Positions 11,810 through 23,860 of a stretch of 58,540 bases of DNA are shown in pieces. Under the pieces are notes generated by a model. That model had not been told where the DNA came from. It worked only from the letters and a program-made list of their open reading frames with translations, and searched no databases. Where the stretch lies: positions 1 through 58,540 of the forward strand of contig NIVC01004137.1 of the NCBI GenBank assembly GCA_002269645.1, given 5' to 3'. Source of the stretch: Macrostomum lignano. Lineage: Eukaryota. Made by a program: the position numbers and the translations under genes. The stretch's first letter is position 1; each line of letters begins with the position of its first letter.

Positions 11810-12139
11810 CTAAAAAAATGAAGTTCATATGTTCATAATGTTCTAATGTTCATAAATTTAGAATTTCATAGCACGGGAACCCCCCCTTTCGGTGGGGAGA
11901 TGGCATCGTGATTCCGAGGAAAGTGGAATTTTATTTTATTTAGTAAAGAGCGCTAATTGACAATTACTTGGAAATCGAAAATATTTGTACAAATTTTAGT
12001 TTCTCATATTACTTTAGTCACAGTTGCGTCTGATACATCCTACTTCTAAGTAGAACAGTTAAAATCCTTAAATCTGTTCTAATGCACATTGCCAGGCAAT
12101 GGCAAAGAAAAAATTGCCAAACAAAAAAAATTAGCTTTC

Positions 12140-12452
12140 AGCAAAAACTTTCAGCATTTAAGCTCTCAGCATTTAAGCTCTCAGGATTTAAGCTCTCAGC
12201 ATTTAAGCTCTCAGCATTTAAGCTCTCAGCATTTAAGCTCTCAGCATTTAAGCTCTCAGCGTTTAAGCTCTCAGCATTTAAGCTCTCAGCATTTAAGCTC
12301 TCAGCATTTAAGCTCTCAGCATTTAAGCTCTCAGCATTTAAGCTCTCAGCATTTAAGCTCTCAGCATTTAAGCTCTCAGCATTTAAGCTCTCAGCGTTTA
12401 AGCTCTCAGCATTTAAGCTCTCAGCATTTAAGCTCTCAGCATTTAAGCTCTC
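12140..12452. repeat. Minisatellite, 15 bp unit TCAGCATTTAAGCTC
   Basis: About 20 near-perfect copies. Confidence 0.97.
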
Positions 12453-12844
12453 ACACAGTGTTCACCGGGTAAATACTCATCACCTACCAACTGGTGGCAC
12501 TTCCAGCAAAATGCGCAGCACATGGCGCAGCTGCGCTGCATCCAGGCGGTCGATGACCGCTGCCGCCTGATGCTGCTGCTGCTGCAGCTGGTTCTGTTGC
12601 TGCTGCTGCGGCTGCTGGTTTTGTTGCTGCGGCTGCTGGTTTTGCTGCTGCGGCTGCTGGTTTTGCTGCTGCGGCTCCTGGTTTTGCTGCTGCGGGGCGA
12701 CCGACCCCTGCACTATGGCCGGCAGGTTAGAAAGGTCGCGCCCCCGCAGGTCCACCCCGTGGGTCCACAATATGCAGTGGGCACCCACGCGCCAGTACAT
12801 CCTCTGGAGTAAAATGAAATGGGTGGGATACAGCTCTCAGGTCA

Positions 12845-14620
12845 GCACGAGAGCGAGAGCGAGAGCGACAGAGAGCGAGAGAGCGAGAGCGAGAGCGCGA
12901 GCGAGAGCGCGAGCGAGAGCGTGAGAGCGAGAGCGAGAGCGTGAGAACGAGAGCGAGAGTGTGAGCGAGAGCGTGAGAGCGAGAGCGCCAGCGAGAGCGA
13001 AAGCGAGAGTGAGAGCGAGAGAGCGAGAGCGTGAGAGCAAGAGCGAGAGAGCGAGAGCGTGAGAGCGAGAGCGTGAGAGCGAGAGCGAGAGTGAGAGCAA
13101 GAGAGCGAGAGCGTGAGAGCATGAGAGCGAGAGTGTGAGCGAAAGCGAGAGTGAGAGCAAGAGCGAGAGAGCGAGAGTGTGAGCGAAAGCGAGAGTGAGA
13201 GCAAGAGCGAGAGAGCGAGAGCGTGAGAGCGAGAGCGAGAGTGAGAGCAAGAGAGCGAGAGCGTGAGAGCATGAGAGCGAGAGTGTGAGCGAAAGCGAGA
13301 GTGAGAGCAAGAGCGAGAGAGCGAGAGCGTGAGAGCATGAGAGCGAGAGTGTGAGCGAAAGCGAGAGTGAGAGCAAGAGCGAGAGAGCGAGAGTGTGAGC
13401 GAAAGCGAGCGTGAGAGCATGAGAGCGAGAGTGTGAGCGAAAGCGAGAGTGAGAGCAAGAGCGAGAGGGCGAGAGTGTGAGCGAAAGCGAGAGTGAGAGC
13501 AAGAGCGAGAGAGCGAGAGCGTGAGAGCGAGAGAGCGAGAGCGAGATCGAGAGCGAGAGCGAGAGAGCGAGAGCGTGAGAGCGAGAGCGAGAGTGAGAGC
13601 GAGAGAGCGAGAGCGAGATCGAGAGCGAGAGCGAGAGAGCGAGAGCGTGAGAGCGAGAGCGAGAGTGAGAGCGAGAGTGAGAGCAAGAGCGAGAGAGCGA
13701 GAGTGTGAGCGAAAGCGAGCGTGAGAGCATGAGAGCGAGAGTGTGAGCGAAAGCGAGAGTGAGAGCAAGAGCGAGAGAGCGAGAGTGTGAGCGAAAGCGA
13801 GCGTGAGAGCATGAGAGCGAGAGTGTGAGCGAAAGCGAGAGTGAGAGCAAGAGCGAGAGAGCGAGAGTGTGAGCGAAAGCGAGCGTGAGAGCATGAGAGC
13901 GAGAGTGTGAGCGAAAGCGAGAGTGAGAGCAAGAGCGAGAGAGCGAGAGCGTGAGAGCGAGAGCGTGAGAGCGAGAGCGAGAGTGAGAGCAAGAGAGCGA
14001 GAGCGTGAGAGCGAGAGCGTGAGAGCGAGAGCGAGAGTGTGAGCGAAAGCGAGAGTGTGAGCGAAAGCGAGAGTGAGAGCAAGAGCGAGAGAGCGAGAGT
14101 GTGAGCGAAAGCGAGAGTGAGAGCAAGAGCGAGAGAGCGAGAGAGCGAGAGCGAGAGTGAGAGCAAGAGAGCGAGAGCGTGAGAGCATGAGAGCGAGAGT
14201 GTGAGCGAAAGCGAGAGTGAGAGCAAGAGCGAGAGAGCGAGAGTGTGAGCGAAAGCGAGAGTGAGAGCAAGAGCGAGAGAGCGAGAGTGTGAGCGAAAGC
14301 GAGCGTGAGAGCATGAGAGCGAGAGTGTGAGCGAAAGCGAGAGTGAGAGCAAGAGCGAGAGAGCGAGAGTGTGAGCGAAAGCGAGCGTGAGAGCATGAGA
14401 GCGAGAGTGTGAGCGAAAGCGAGAGTGAGAGCAAGAGCGAGAGAGCGAGAGTGTGAGCGAAAGCGAGCGTGAGAGCATGAGAGCGAGAGTGTGAGCGAAA
14501 GCGAGAGTGAGAGCAAGAGCGAGAGAGCGAGAGTGTGAGCGAAAGCGAGCGTGAGAGCATGAGAGCGAGAGTGTGAGCGAAAGCGAGAGTGAGAGCAAGA
14601 GCGAGAGAGTGAGAGCAAGT
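12845..14620. repeat. ~1.8 kb GA-rich satellite with higher-order units (GCGAGAGTGTGAGCGAAAGCGAGAGTGAGAGCAAGAGCGAGAGA)
   Basis: Purine-rich strand; gives the three spurious long minus-strand ORFs of 572-695 aa. Confidence 0.97.
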
Positions 14621-17138
14621 GGCAAGGAAAGGGAAATAATAACATAGGATGAGTACTTACTGCGTGCCCGCCAGAATACTGATACGTTTGAGGGGCGTGC
14701 CTCCTGCCGCCTGCCGGTCCACCCACGCCCAGAAGGCATGGGCACTATCGATCCCGCACTTGTGCGGGTCTGCCGTGCATGTTTACCCAGATGGCAAATT
14801 TGCCAACTGGGCAAACAAAATGTGCACCGACAGGTGCCGGCTCAATTATACCGGCTGCCATGGCTTCAGGGCCCTGCTGTACATATTCTTCCACCTTCAT
14901 GTTGCTGCTTTAAAGGTCAGCTGTTGCTGTTGCTGCTGCTGCCGAGCCGGAATATAGCTGTTGTTCGTTGGTGCTGAATTTGTTGGTCGCTCGAACCGTG
15001 CTAGAAACTGACCGAAAAGCTGAAATGCCATAGATTACCTTGCCACTTAGCCTTCGTGATAAGATTGGTTATTGGTTAATTTTTTTAAATACACAAGATG
15101 TACCATGCTGTTTCTTAATGTAATGCGCCATACTGTTGCTAATTACAGTGTCATGCTCTAGAGTATACCATGGTTATACCATGGTACATATGTGTATCAA
15201 CATTTGTCGACATGCTGTTTCTGATAATGTCAGCCATGCTAATGCTCATAACAGTGCCATGCTGTATCTGATTACAGCCCCATGCTCTAAGGAATACTAT
15301 GGTACATAACTAACATTTACGGGTTCTAAGTCCCTGCAAATAAAGACAGTATTTTGTAATGGAGGTTGTACTAGACAAAAATAAAAGACTAAAAAAGACA
15401 AACTAACACAAAATAAACTAGGTTGACAAAAACGAGTATACTTTTTTAGTTTTTTTAAACAGAGTATAACAAAGACGCAGCGCAAAAGGAGACAACGCCT
15501 CATTGACTTAATTCAACTCACAATCGAAAACATTTTTTAACCTCCATTTTTTCAACTAAACTAGAAAGTAATTGTATAACACAGATAAACATTTCGGCAG
15601 CCAGAGTCAAAATGAAGTAAAATTCAACATCGCACTTGGAGCAAAACTGATTATTTATTTATTTATTTATCGGCCAGCGGTCTGACACCGCCCAGCATCA
15701 TCAGCCTCGCCTGATCTACACCAGCGCCTCGTCGCCTCAGCGCATCGCCGCTTTACTGTCTGCCTGACTGCAGCCTACAGCCGCCCTCGGTCACTCCGCC
15801 TCTCTCTCTCTGTGCAGCTGCCGGTAAGTTCCTGTTACTGATTTGTGCTCTAATTGCCTTTGCTTATCCGGAGTTTGCCTATTTTTCCATTGTCTGATTA
15901 GAGAGCTGAGCCAGTTGTGATACCGTATCTTTTGCTGTATTTTTACTTAATAGTGAAGCCGCCTAATTGCCTGATTATTCGCCTAAAGGCCTAATTATTA
16001 ACTATTAACTAACCTCATCATTATTCACTCTTTCACCATCATTTCACTCATGGCTTGCTAAGCCTTTCTCCCGGGGTGGCAAAGCATAGGGAAGTTTGGG
16101 TAAGTTAATGGCCTCTCCCCGTGCAAAGCTCGCCTGTGAGTGCGTGCTGCGGGGCCGTGTGTGCGTGCAGTAGAGGGATTAGCGAGTCTTGGCACAGAAT
16201 GGCAGTAGGAAGGTTGCAACCCCATGCTGACGCGTCCCTTCGCCCTGAGCAATCTAAACTAGAGACAGTACATGTTCGCCTCATACTACTCTTAGTAATC
16301 AAAGTCGCAAGTCAGCCTCGCTCACAGCCACAAAGGATCCCCTGCTGAGAAATCCTCCAGATTGAGCCCAGAGTTCCCGATCATGCCCCAAGCAGAGTCC
16401 CTGTACTCGGCTGCATGTGTCTCCCCTGTTAGCCTAAATCTCCTGGTAACCATCCCAGGCCTCGAGCCTAGCCTCGAGAGGTCTGGTAGAAAGATCCAGG
16501 TGCGCCAGGTCACATAGAGTGGTGGCAGCCACTCGGTCACACTATGACCGAGTGACCAACTATTGCACCTTGGCTACAGGTGGGGTCCATGTGGGTCCTT
16601 GGCCCTCTGGTCACAAAGCGCTACCAAAGCTATCAATCATGTGGGCGGGACAGTCTGGTGCTGGAGGTCCGTCAGGTCATTGCCCGGTCATAGGCAGCCT
16701 ACGGTCATTGCCCCTTCTAGTCATGCGTTCGTCTCTCAATCGGAGCGGACCGGCGACAAGGGCGGTTACATCAATGTATGTTACAGTAAGCAACTTAAAT
16801 ATGTGCTAATTTTGACCAAGTCTTGATGTGGAATGTAAAGCTCTTATTTAATAACCCTCGTGCACTTTTAAAAACGATCCTTTCACGCCTTTTTTGGTTA
16901 AATTTATTTTTTTCATTTATTTTTTCTTTTTTGACACCGAGAGTTACTCGGTGTCCGCTGGCCAGCCACAGTAGAAAGTGCACATGTGGAAGTCCTTCAG
17001 TGAAATGAAAGTCAAATCAGAAAAAAACATTTACTGGAAGGGAGCATGCTAGAGCAAGGTAGAAACATCAGTGAGGCTTGAACTTAGCAGAAAGCAAAGT
17101 GTGTAATAAATAAGTTATTTCTGATCAACTGAACTCAC

Positions 17139-18581
17139 CGCGCTTCTGGTATTGCAGAGAACAAACGTGCGCGGCTTCCACTCCAAAGCGATGTCTGAGC
17201 TCCGACACGAGGGCCTTCTTCTTAAGCTCGAAGACACGAGTAACGATGTCAGGACGATCCTCTGGCCGCTGTCCTGGCAGCAGTTCAGCGGTGATCTCTG
17301 GCCACTTCGGATTGCAAGTCGCCGTCACGAACAGATCCGGCTTGCCGAATTTCTGAACGTAAGTCATGGCGTCCTGGAGCCGCTCCATCAGATATCGCGG
17401 TCCGCCCACGAAGCCTGAGGAGAGAAACACGGGCGCCTGCTTTCCAATTTCCTTCGGCTCCTTGCCAGTGTGCAGTCCATCAGCTGCAAACAGGGCATCA
17501 GGCAACCCACTGTAGGTCTCGCTGCGAAGGTCGTCCTGATGAGTACGCAAATAGAGAAGCCTCTCCGACTCGATCTTGGCCGCCTGATCCACCAGGTACT
17601 GCTGAAACAGCCGCCGGCCGTGGTGCAGCACGTTGAACTGGTCGGCTCGCACCATGATCTCGCTGGCGTAATACTTCATGGGCGTCAGTTTGCGGCCATT
17701 GGTCATGCGAAGCTCGGGATGCCAGCCGCTCTCTCCGTTCGGAAACAGAAGGACGTACTCTAGCGGATCGTATGATCTGTGCGTCTCAGAAATGCGCTTG
17801 GTGTCACCTCCTCGCAGTTGGATGACGACTTCACGACTGTTCGGTGCTTCCTCAGCATCCCCGACAATTAGGATTCCGACCTCGTTTGCTGTGGGCAGAT
17901 TGTACCGCCTGCTTGTGGACAGACATAGGGTTTCAATTAAATTTACTACATTAGAAGATTCTACTAAAATATCCATGTTTGAAAAATGCAGCTTACCGAA
18001 TGTGTTCACCAGCCGGGCGTCGATCTGGGTAAATCACAATCCGCGCATCGCACAGCTGAGGCTCTTCGCTGATTCGCTGCGCTGCAGCCCGCAGACTCCG
18101 CACATAGGAATTGCACTCGTGAAGCAATCCTTGCAGCAACTGCAGCAGCTCAGGCTTCACTCTTTGGCTGAGGCTAAGGCGGCTTTCGAGCTCGCGGTCC
18201 ATAAAGTACACCTGCCAGCCCCTAGGCGCATTCGGAGTATCAGCTAGCAGCGGCGCAGTGTTGTGGTACAACTCTCCGCTGATCACAAAGCTCGGGTTCC
18301 AACCAACAGGCGTGGGTCGCAGATCAGCACCGAATGACGTCAGGTGCAGAACCGAGTTATAGCTCCTGATGTTGGCCAGAAACTCCTTGCTCTTGTCATG
18401 CCTTCCGGTGTACAGGTCAGCCAACACTGGCGGAACAGTCCTGACAGGCAGTTTCACTTTGCCCTTGGCGCAGCAAAACTCGGCTTCCTTGTCCCAGCGC
18501 AATGCGCCGCAGAACTTGCACACAGAATTCATGCGGCCACACTGATGGGTCGGAACTTCTGGTCTTGACTGGTCGGAGTTC
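17139..18581 (-). CDS. Helitron Rep N-terminal region (CxxC...CC Zn-binding segment + Helitron_like_N), exons 3-4 with an 88-bp intron at 17909-17996
   Basis: CKFCGALRW...FCCAKGKVKLP; the splice ATT CG|GTAAG...CAG|G CGG TAC restores EHIRRYNLPT. Confidence 0.9.
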
Positions 18582-19938
18582 CTGCAATAAATTGTCGGCA
18601 AAGCATTGGTTATTTAAATTAACATTATTTTCCCACTCACTGAAAGTGTCTCTTTAGAGTAAATTAAAGTTAAGAATTATATGAGACTACGCATAGATAA
18701 AAAATGGCGGACCAAATTGAGTAAAAAAATCTAGTTAGCCGCAGGGAGTGTGTAGAGATCTCCAAATACGATACAAAGTAAACTACTGTAAGTAGTAACA
18801 TAAAAATGCGAAAAACTTGAATGTTATATAAATTGCAAACTGTCATACTCTATATTAAGACCGTGAATACAACGTACGACGAAGCATGAGACAGTTGCAA
18901 CGATGGTGAAATATGTCGCAACTATGGTGAAATATGATGAAATAAGATGAAATCTGATAAAATCTGATGAAATATGAGTCGCGCTACTAAGTATATACCA
19001 AAAACTCGACTATAAATATAAGCGTAAAATCCGAGCTGAAACCTCAGACTCGGAGCAGCCTCAAAAGATCTTGTGGTTAGTTAGAGCAACTAATCGAGGC
19101 TATATCTCTGGGAGAGAAGCGTATCAATTGTGAAGTGTTGTTCAAGTCTTCGTTATTTTGATTAATTGAGAGCGATTTTATTGCCGGCCGGCCGTTGCTG
19201 ATCCGTTGAATTTACTGAGACTATTTGAGGCCTCCCATTTTTCTAAGGGATTGGATAGGATCTGCGGACCGATTCCGATACCCTTAGAGGATTACTGACT
19301 GTTGATTTGGATTATCCTAGATTAACAGATAGGAGCACACGACTCCGATTCCGTTAGATCTAGAAGAAGACGCCCCTTTGGAGGACCTCGCGTTAGAATT
19401 TGAGTTTATTAGGGCGCACTGTTGATACTGATTTGGCACTCGAGAAACGTACTGAATCCCGCACTCGAGGAGATATTTCGACGTCGACTTCACTGTTCTG
19501 CTCTCACTCTCGGCCGATTTTGGACTTCGAAGACTTCAAGAAATTTCCTCCGGAGAAGAAGATTGGAAGAAGCGAACTCTACAAACGCGCGCAACAAAGA
19601 AGAAACAAGGAACAAGCTCGGAGAACCTGCCCGACACAGAAGAAGAACCCGCAACAGTAAGTGATCACTTTATTTTGTTCCCAGGCTTAAGTGTCTGGAA
19701 GTGGGAGTTTTCTGGAGACTGATCACCTCCCGAATCAACTCTTCAGGAGATTTAAGCACCCGATTATGTGAGAATGAACGGAACAAATATTTTCTATGTA
19801 AAAACTGTTATAAAAGCCTCAACAAGCATGCCTGCTCAAGTATCGTTTGTGGCTCTCTTGCCTGATCCCTGTCCTTTAGTGGGATTATTGTAAAGAGTAA
19901 AAACTTGTTTAGCATGATCGCCGCCCTTTAGCCGTTAC

Positions 19939-20556
19939 CTCTGCTGAGCTTCCGCTTCGTTTCCAGCTTGAGTCTCCGCACGAGCGCCAGGAGCAGAAGT
20001 AGCAGCAGCTGAGCCAGCAGGTCTCTTGCGCCTATTGACTCTGGTCCTTGCAGCAGGTGCTCTGCTTGCAGCTGGAACGGGGAACTCCCAGTCCTCCATA
20101 GGCTCTATTCCCTGCAAAGGATCTCGAAGTCTCAGAGATTCATAGTGCTCATTGCTCTGAACCAGGCGCACAACAGCCAGAGGAGGCTGCGCGAAGGACA
20201 TAAAGTGCTACAGCACACTTCCATTGCGCTGGTAAATAACCAGGTCTACCGGAAAGCAGCGACTTAAAAGGGGCACGATTTCATCAGGCACATAAGTTCC
20301 CTCTGTAAATGAAGCTTCGATTATGGCATCCGCATTCTCTTGGAAAATAAAGCCTTCGGCAATCAACTGTGGTACCAGCTCTGCCGCGCGGCTTGACAAA
20401 TTGTGCCTCAATGAAGCAGCATCGGTTTCAAGAGCGGTGCCTCGCAGCTGATCACAAACAGCGTGAAAAAAACAATTTCCATCACCGGCTATGGGAACTA
20501 TGCTCAATTGATTAAAAGATACCTGAGCCGCTGCTGCTGGTTCACTATTTTCCTGT
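19939..20556 (-). pseudogene. OTU-family cysteine protease exon of the Helitron gene, with in-frame TAG at 20210-20208
   Basis: IAGDGNCFFHAVCDQL (catalytic D..C) and, in the same frame after the stop, NEHYESL (catalytic H). Confidence 0.8.
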
Positions 20557-20827
20557 CTAAAATTGAGAGGGAAAATGGTCAGTCAAATGGTGACTGAAGA
20601 TATTTAAGAAGCTGAGCTGATAAATGGAACTTATATTTTGCAGGTCTTACTTAAGTATTCTTAATGAAATCTGCTTAAATTAAATTCAAAATGCAAAAAT
20701 TCAAGGTATACAGAAAGATGCAATTATCAACTATACAAAAAGGAAAAAGAGACCAGAGAAAAATGGTGCAGTTTAAATCAACAAAAGCAGAAGAGTAACC
20801 GTTATAGGTCTAGATCAGCAGACTTAC

Positions 20828-21720
20828 CTTGAAGCCCAAATGCTCCGGCGACGTAATAGCTCAGCCTCGAGACGATCCAAACGCTCATATCCTGTTTCGG
20901 AAGCACGGCGGTCAGCTTCTCGCTGCCGCATGTCTTCCAGGCGGGCAGCTCTCTCGGCGTCAGTCTCGCAGGCCCGGCGCTCTGCGTCCCGCTGCCGCAG
21001 CTCCTCGAGCCGAGCAGCTCTCTCGGCGTCAGTTTCACGGGCTCAGCGCTCTGCGTCCCGCTGCGGCAGCTCCTCGAGCCGAGCAGCTCTCTCGGCGTCA
21101 GTTTCACGGGCTCGGCGCTCTGCGTCCCGCTGCCGCAGCTCCTCGAGCCGAGCAGCTCTCTCGGCATCAGTTTCACGGGCTCGGCGCTCTGCGTCCCGCT
21201 GCCGCAGCTCCTCGAGCCGAGCAGCTCTCTCGGCGTCAGTTTCACGGGCTCGGCGCTCTGCGTCCCGCTGCCGCAGCTCCTCGAGCCGAGCAGCTCTCTC
21301 GGCGTCAGTCTCGCAGGCACGGCGCTCTGCGTCCCGCTGCCGCAGCTCCTCGAGCCGAGCAGCTCTCTCGGCGTCAGTTTCACGGGCTCGGCGCTCTGCG
21401 TCCCGCTGCCGCAGCTCCTCGAGCCGAGCAGCTCTCTCGGCGTCAGTCTCGCAGGCCCGGCGCTCTGCGTCCCGCTGCCGCAGCTCCTCGAGCCGAGCAG
21501 CTCTCTCGGCGTCAGTTTCACGGGCTCGGCGCTCTGCGTCCCGCTGCCGCAGCTCCTCGAGCCGAGCAGCTCTCTCGGCGTCAGTTTCACGGGCTCGGCG
21601 CTCTGCGTCCCGCTGCCGTCGTGTTTCCAAACGGGTCTCGCGCTCAGCGCTAGATTCTTCACGTCGCCTTTTCTTTGCCTCACGGCTTTTCTTTAAATGA
21701 CTTGCTCCACGGCGACCCAT
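20828..21720 (-). pseudogene. First Helitron exon: ATG + about ten 69-bp/23-aa STPR-type repeats (ETDAERAARLEELRQRDAERRAR); CGA>TGA stop at 21045-21043
   Basis: The 23-aa ETxxxRxxRLxxxRxxxxxxRxx periodicity is the STPR pattern; the frame continues past the stop to the donor AG|GTAAGT at 20827. Confidence 0.8.
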
Positions 21721-23860
21721 AGCTATTACTTAGTAAGTATGGATAGAAATAGACGAAATACGGTAAAAAGAATACGGAATAAAAGTTTAATATAGTTGTA
21801 ATAGTAGTTGCTACTTTTTACGAATATAATTATACAACTGCGGGACTAAAGTATGAATGAATAATTACAAATATAATTATACAACTGCGCTACTAAAGTA
21901 TGAATGAATAATTTGATGTAAAAAAGTAATAATCAATGGCGATTCAGTAGATAATTTGTATCAGATCGATACCAGATATCTCAGTTAGTATCAAATGGTG
22001 TAGGCTGTTTAGTCAAGCCAGTAGTTGTCAATGTACTAATAAAGATAGGTGAGAGGATTATAAGCTGAGATTTTGCTGATGAGATGAATCTTTATAGAAA
22101 AAGTCCAGTTCAAAAGGCAGGCTAAAGTCTTGCCTTAACAGCACATTCAAAGTGAATGAAATGTGCGCTGCAACTTTAATGAATTGAGCGCTCGTGACAC
22201 CAGTTTTTGGGGTTTCAGCATTTCAAATATGTACATTCGATTACGGTTGAATTCAATATCAACCAAGAGCATCTAGTATTGAACTTTATTGCGCAACGCT
22301 GTGAGCAGACCCTCCTTGCTTATCAATGGCGCTTGATTGAAGTTTGGAGTTGCGATAAAGTAGGGGTTTGCGATATGGAAGAGCGTACAATGAGTATAAA
22401 AAGTAAAAAGTATAGAAATCTTCTTTTTAATGGTGTGCTCTTAATTTTTCGAATCTCAGAAAACAAATTATATTCCCGAACTCAGCGTTCCTAGCAATAC
22501 AAGGCTCTCTTCTGAAAGTGAAAAACCCGAAGCACAAACAACGATATTACACATTCCTGCTTGAAAGCATTGAAATTAAAAAGGTGTACATTCAGCGCCA
22601 GCTACAGTGAGAGGCCTGCAAGTCGATGCATTGAAATTAACAACCAAGCCAATGCCCAGGACTAATTGAATAGCGACACCCGCCCCTCAATTTCAATAGC
22701 TAAAATGTGTTGCGCAACCTTTCAACGCTTGTAGCTCTCCACGCCAGTTTTGAGAACCACTGCTATAGTTGGCACTGAGTTATGATGCAATACAATTCCA
22801 TCGGCAGTCAGACTGCTTCTCAATCGGAAAGAACTGTTTGAACTTAAAAAAACGGAGCGAAAATCGAGTTTTTCAAATATTTAATCCTGTGGCGGCCTAA
22901 AAAATAAAAAATAAATTAAAAATAAATTAAAAAATAAAGTGTGACGAGTTTATTTAGTTCGTGAACATGGGACTGATGCGCGTGCGCGTGCTGAGTCTGA
23001 GTGTTGATCTTGTCCTAGGCCAATATACGTATTATTAATTTAACAACTCAATTGCTAGTTTGAATAATGGCGAGTAGGTCAGAAGCAGTATGGCAATGCC
23101 AACTATTTAGCAAAGGGTAATCTGAGACGATAATATAATGCTAATGCCACCAAGCCTAACGGGAACTAAGACCAACAGACAGCGCGCAGGACAATACACA
23201 AAAACTATCAAGAAGCAAAATTTGAATAACCGCACTAATCGAAAATAGAAAACAAAATTAAACCAAATGGGGAAAGTAACTAAAAAATAGTTACAAACAT
23301 TAGACCAAAATAGATATAGTTTTAAATATTAATTGCAAAAACCATAAATACGAAATTGAACATTTTCAATACAGATGCGACGACGTTACAAAAGCAATTT
23401 CTTAGCAAAATTTCGTGTACCACGCCGCACCTAAAATACGCATCGAATGCAGCAAACCCCACGAAATTCCGACCACGCAAAGTCAAGTTAAACGAAGGTT
23501 CCTAGATAGATAGATAGGTAGGTAGGTAGGTAGGTACATAGTTTTGGTTTTTAGTATATCTGACGTAACATACAGTAGTATCGCTTTTGATGATCTAACT
23601 TTGAATTTGGACGATCGAAACGGGGCGGACCATAGACATTCGAGTTTAAGCCAGGCCACAGATCGCACCCTAGTCATGGACTCGAGCATGCAGTTTAGCA
23701 AAGTCTGATGAGGGAGGCTTGGCCATTAGACTATAACTTTGGGCATTCAATATATGGGAGAAAGCCATTCAAAATGAGAATTGGATGAGATTTTTGCAGC
23801 TCTCTCGTCTGTCCCTCCCTCCCCTGTTTGCTCGTCTTGGCCTGAAAGCGATCCCATTCA

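Larger units (their letters stand above)
11607..14900 (-). pseudogene. Spliced ORF of unknown function (poly-Q and A/D-rich); exons 14900-14661, 12803-12488, 11809-11607; one in-frame TAG at 14747-14745
   Basis: Phase-compatible splice sites: GCA|GTAAGT with CCAG|AGG (phase 0) and GTT G|GTAGGT with TTTTTTTAG|CG (phase 1). No homology recognised. Confidence 0.45.
16930..21720 (-). mobile_element. Helitron-type rolling-circle element, spliced STPR-OTU-Rep gene, 3'-truncated (no helicase seen); exons 21720-20828, 20556-19939, 18581-17997, 17908-17139, 16994-~16930
   Basis: Helitron Rep motifs FLANIRSYN, GELYH, RRYNLPT, SYDPLEYVLLFPNG, GRRLFQQYLVD, FVGGPRY, GKPDLFVTATCNPKWPEI, RPDIVTRVF and QKRG|LPHVHFLLW (HUH motif). 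All four introns are GT-AG and in phase. Confidence 0.88.

Noticed and set aside
12727-14814. Three long minus-strand ORFs (572-695 aa) of S/L/A/R/H repeats
   Set aside because: Artefact of the GA satellite: the pyrimidine-rich strand can hardly form stop codons.
15660-16790. Possible LTR or 5' exon region next to the Helitron break; TCTGACACCG shared with position ~861
   Set aside because: No second LTR, PBS or TSD found; a 10-bp match is not significant.
20802-21700. Alternative-frame ORFs over the 69-bp repeat (20802-21683, 20829-21653, 20840-21700)
   Set aside because: Shadows of the STPR exon; only the 21720 frame has an ATG, the STPR pattern and an in-phase donor.
22019-22762. Possible hAT element (CAGTAGTTGTCAA ... 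TTGAGAACCACTG)
   Set aside because: Only the right end is a good hAT-like TIR; the left has 2 mismatches in 13 and there is no 8-bp TSD.
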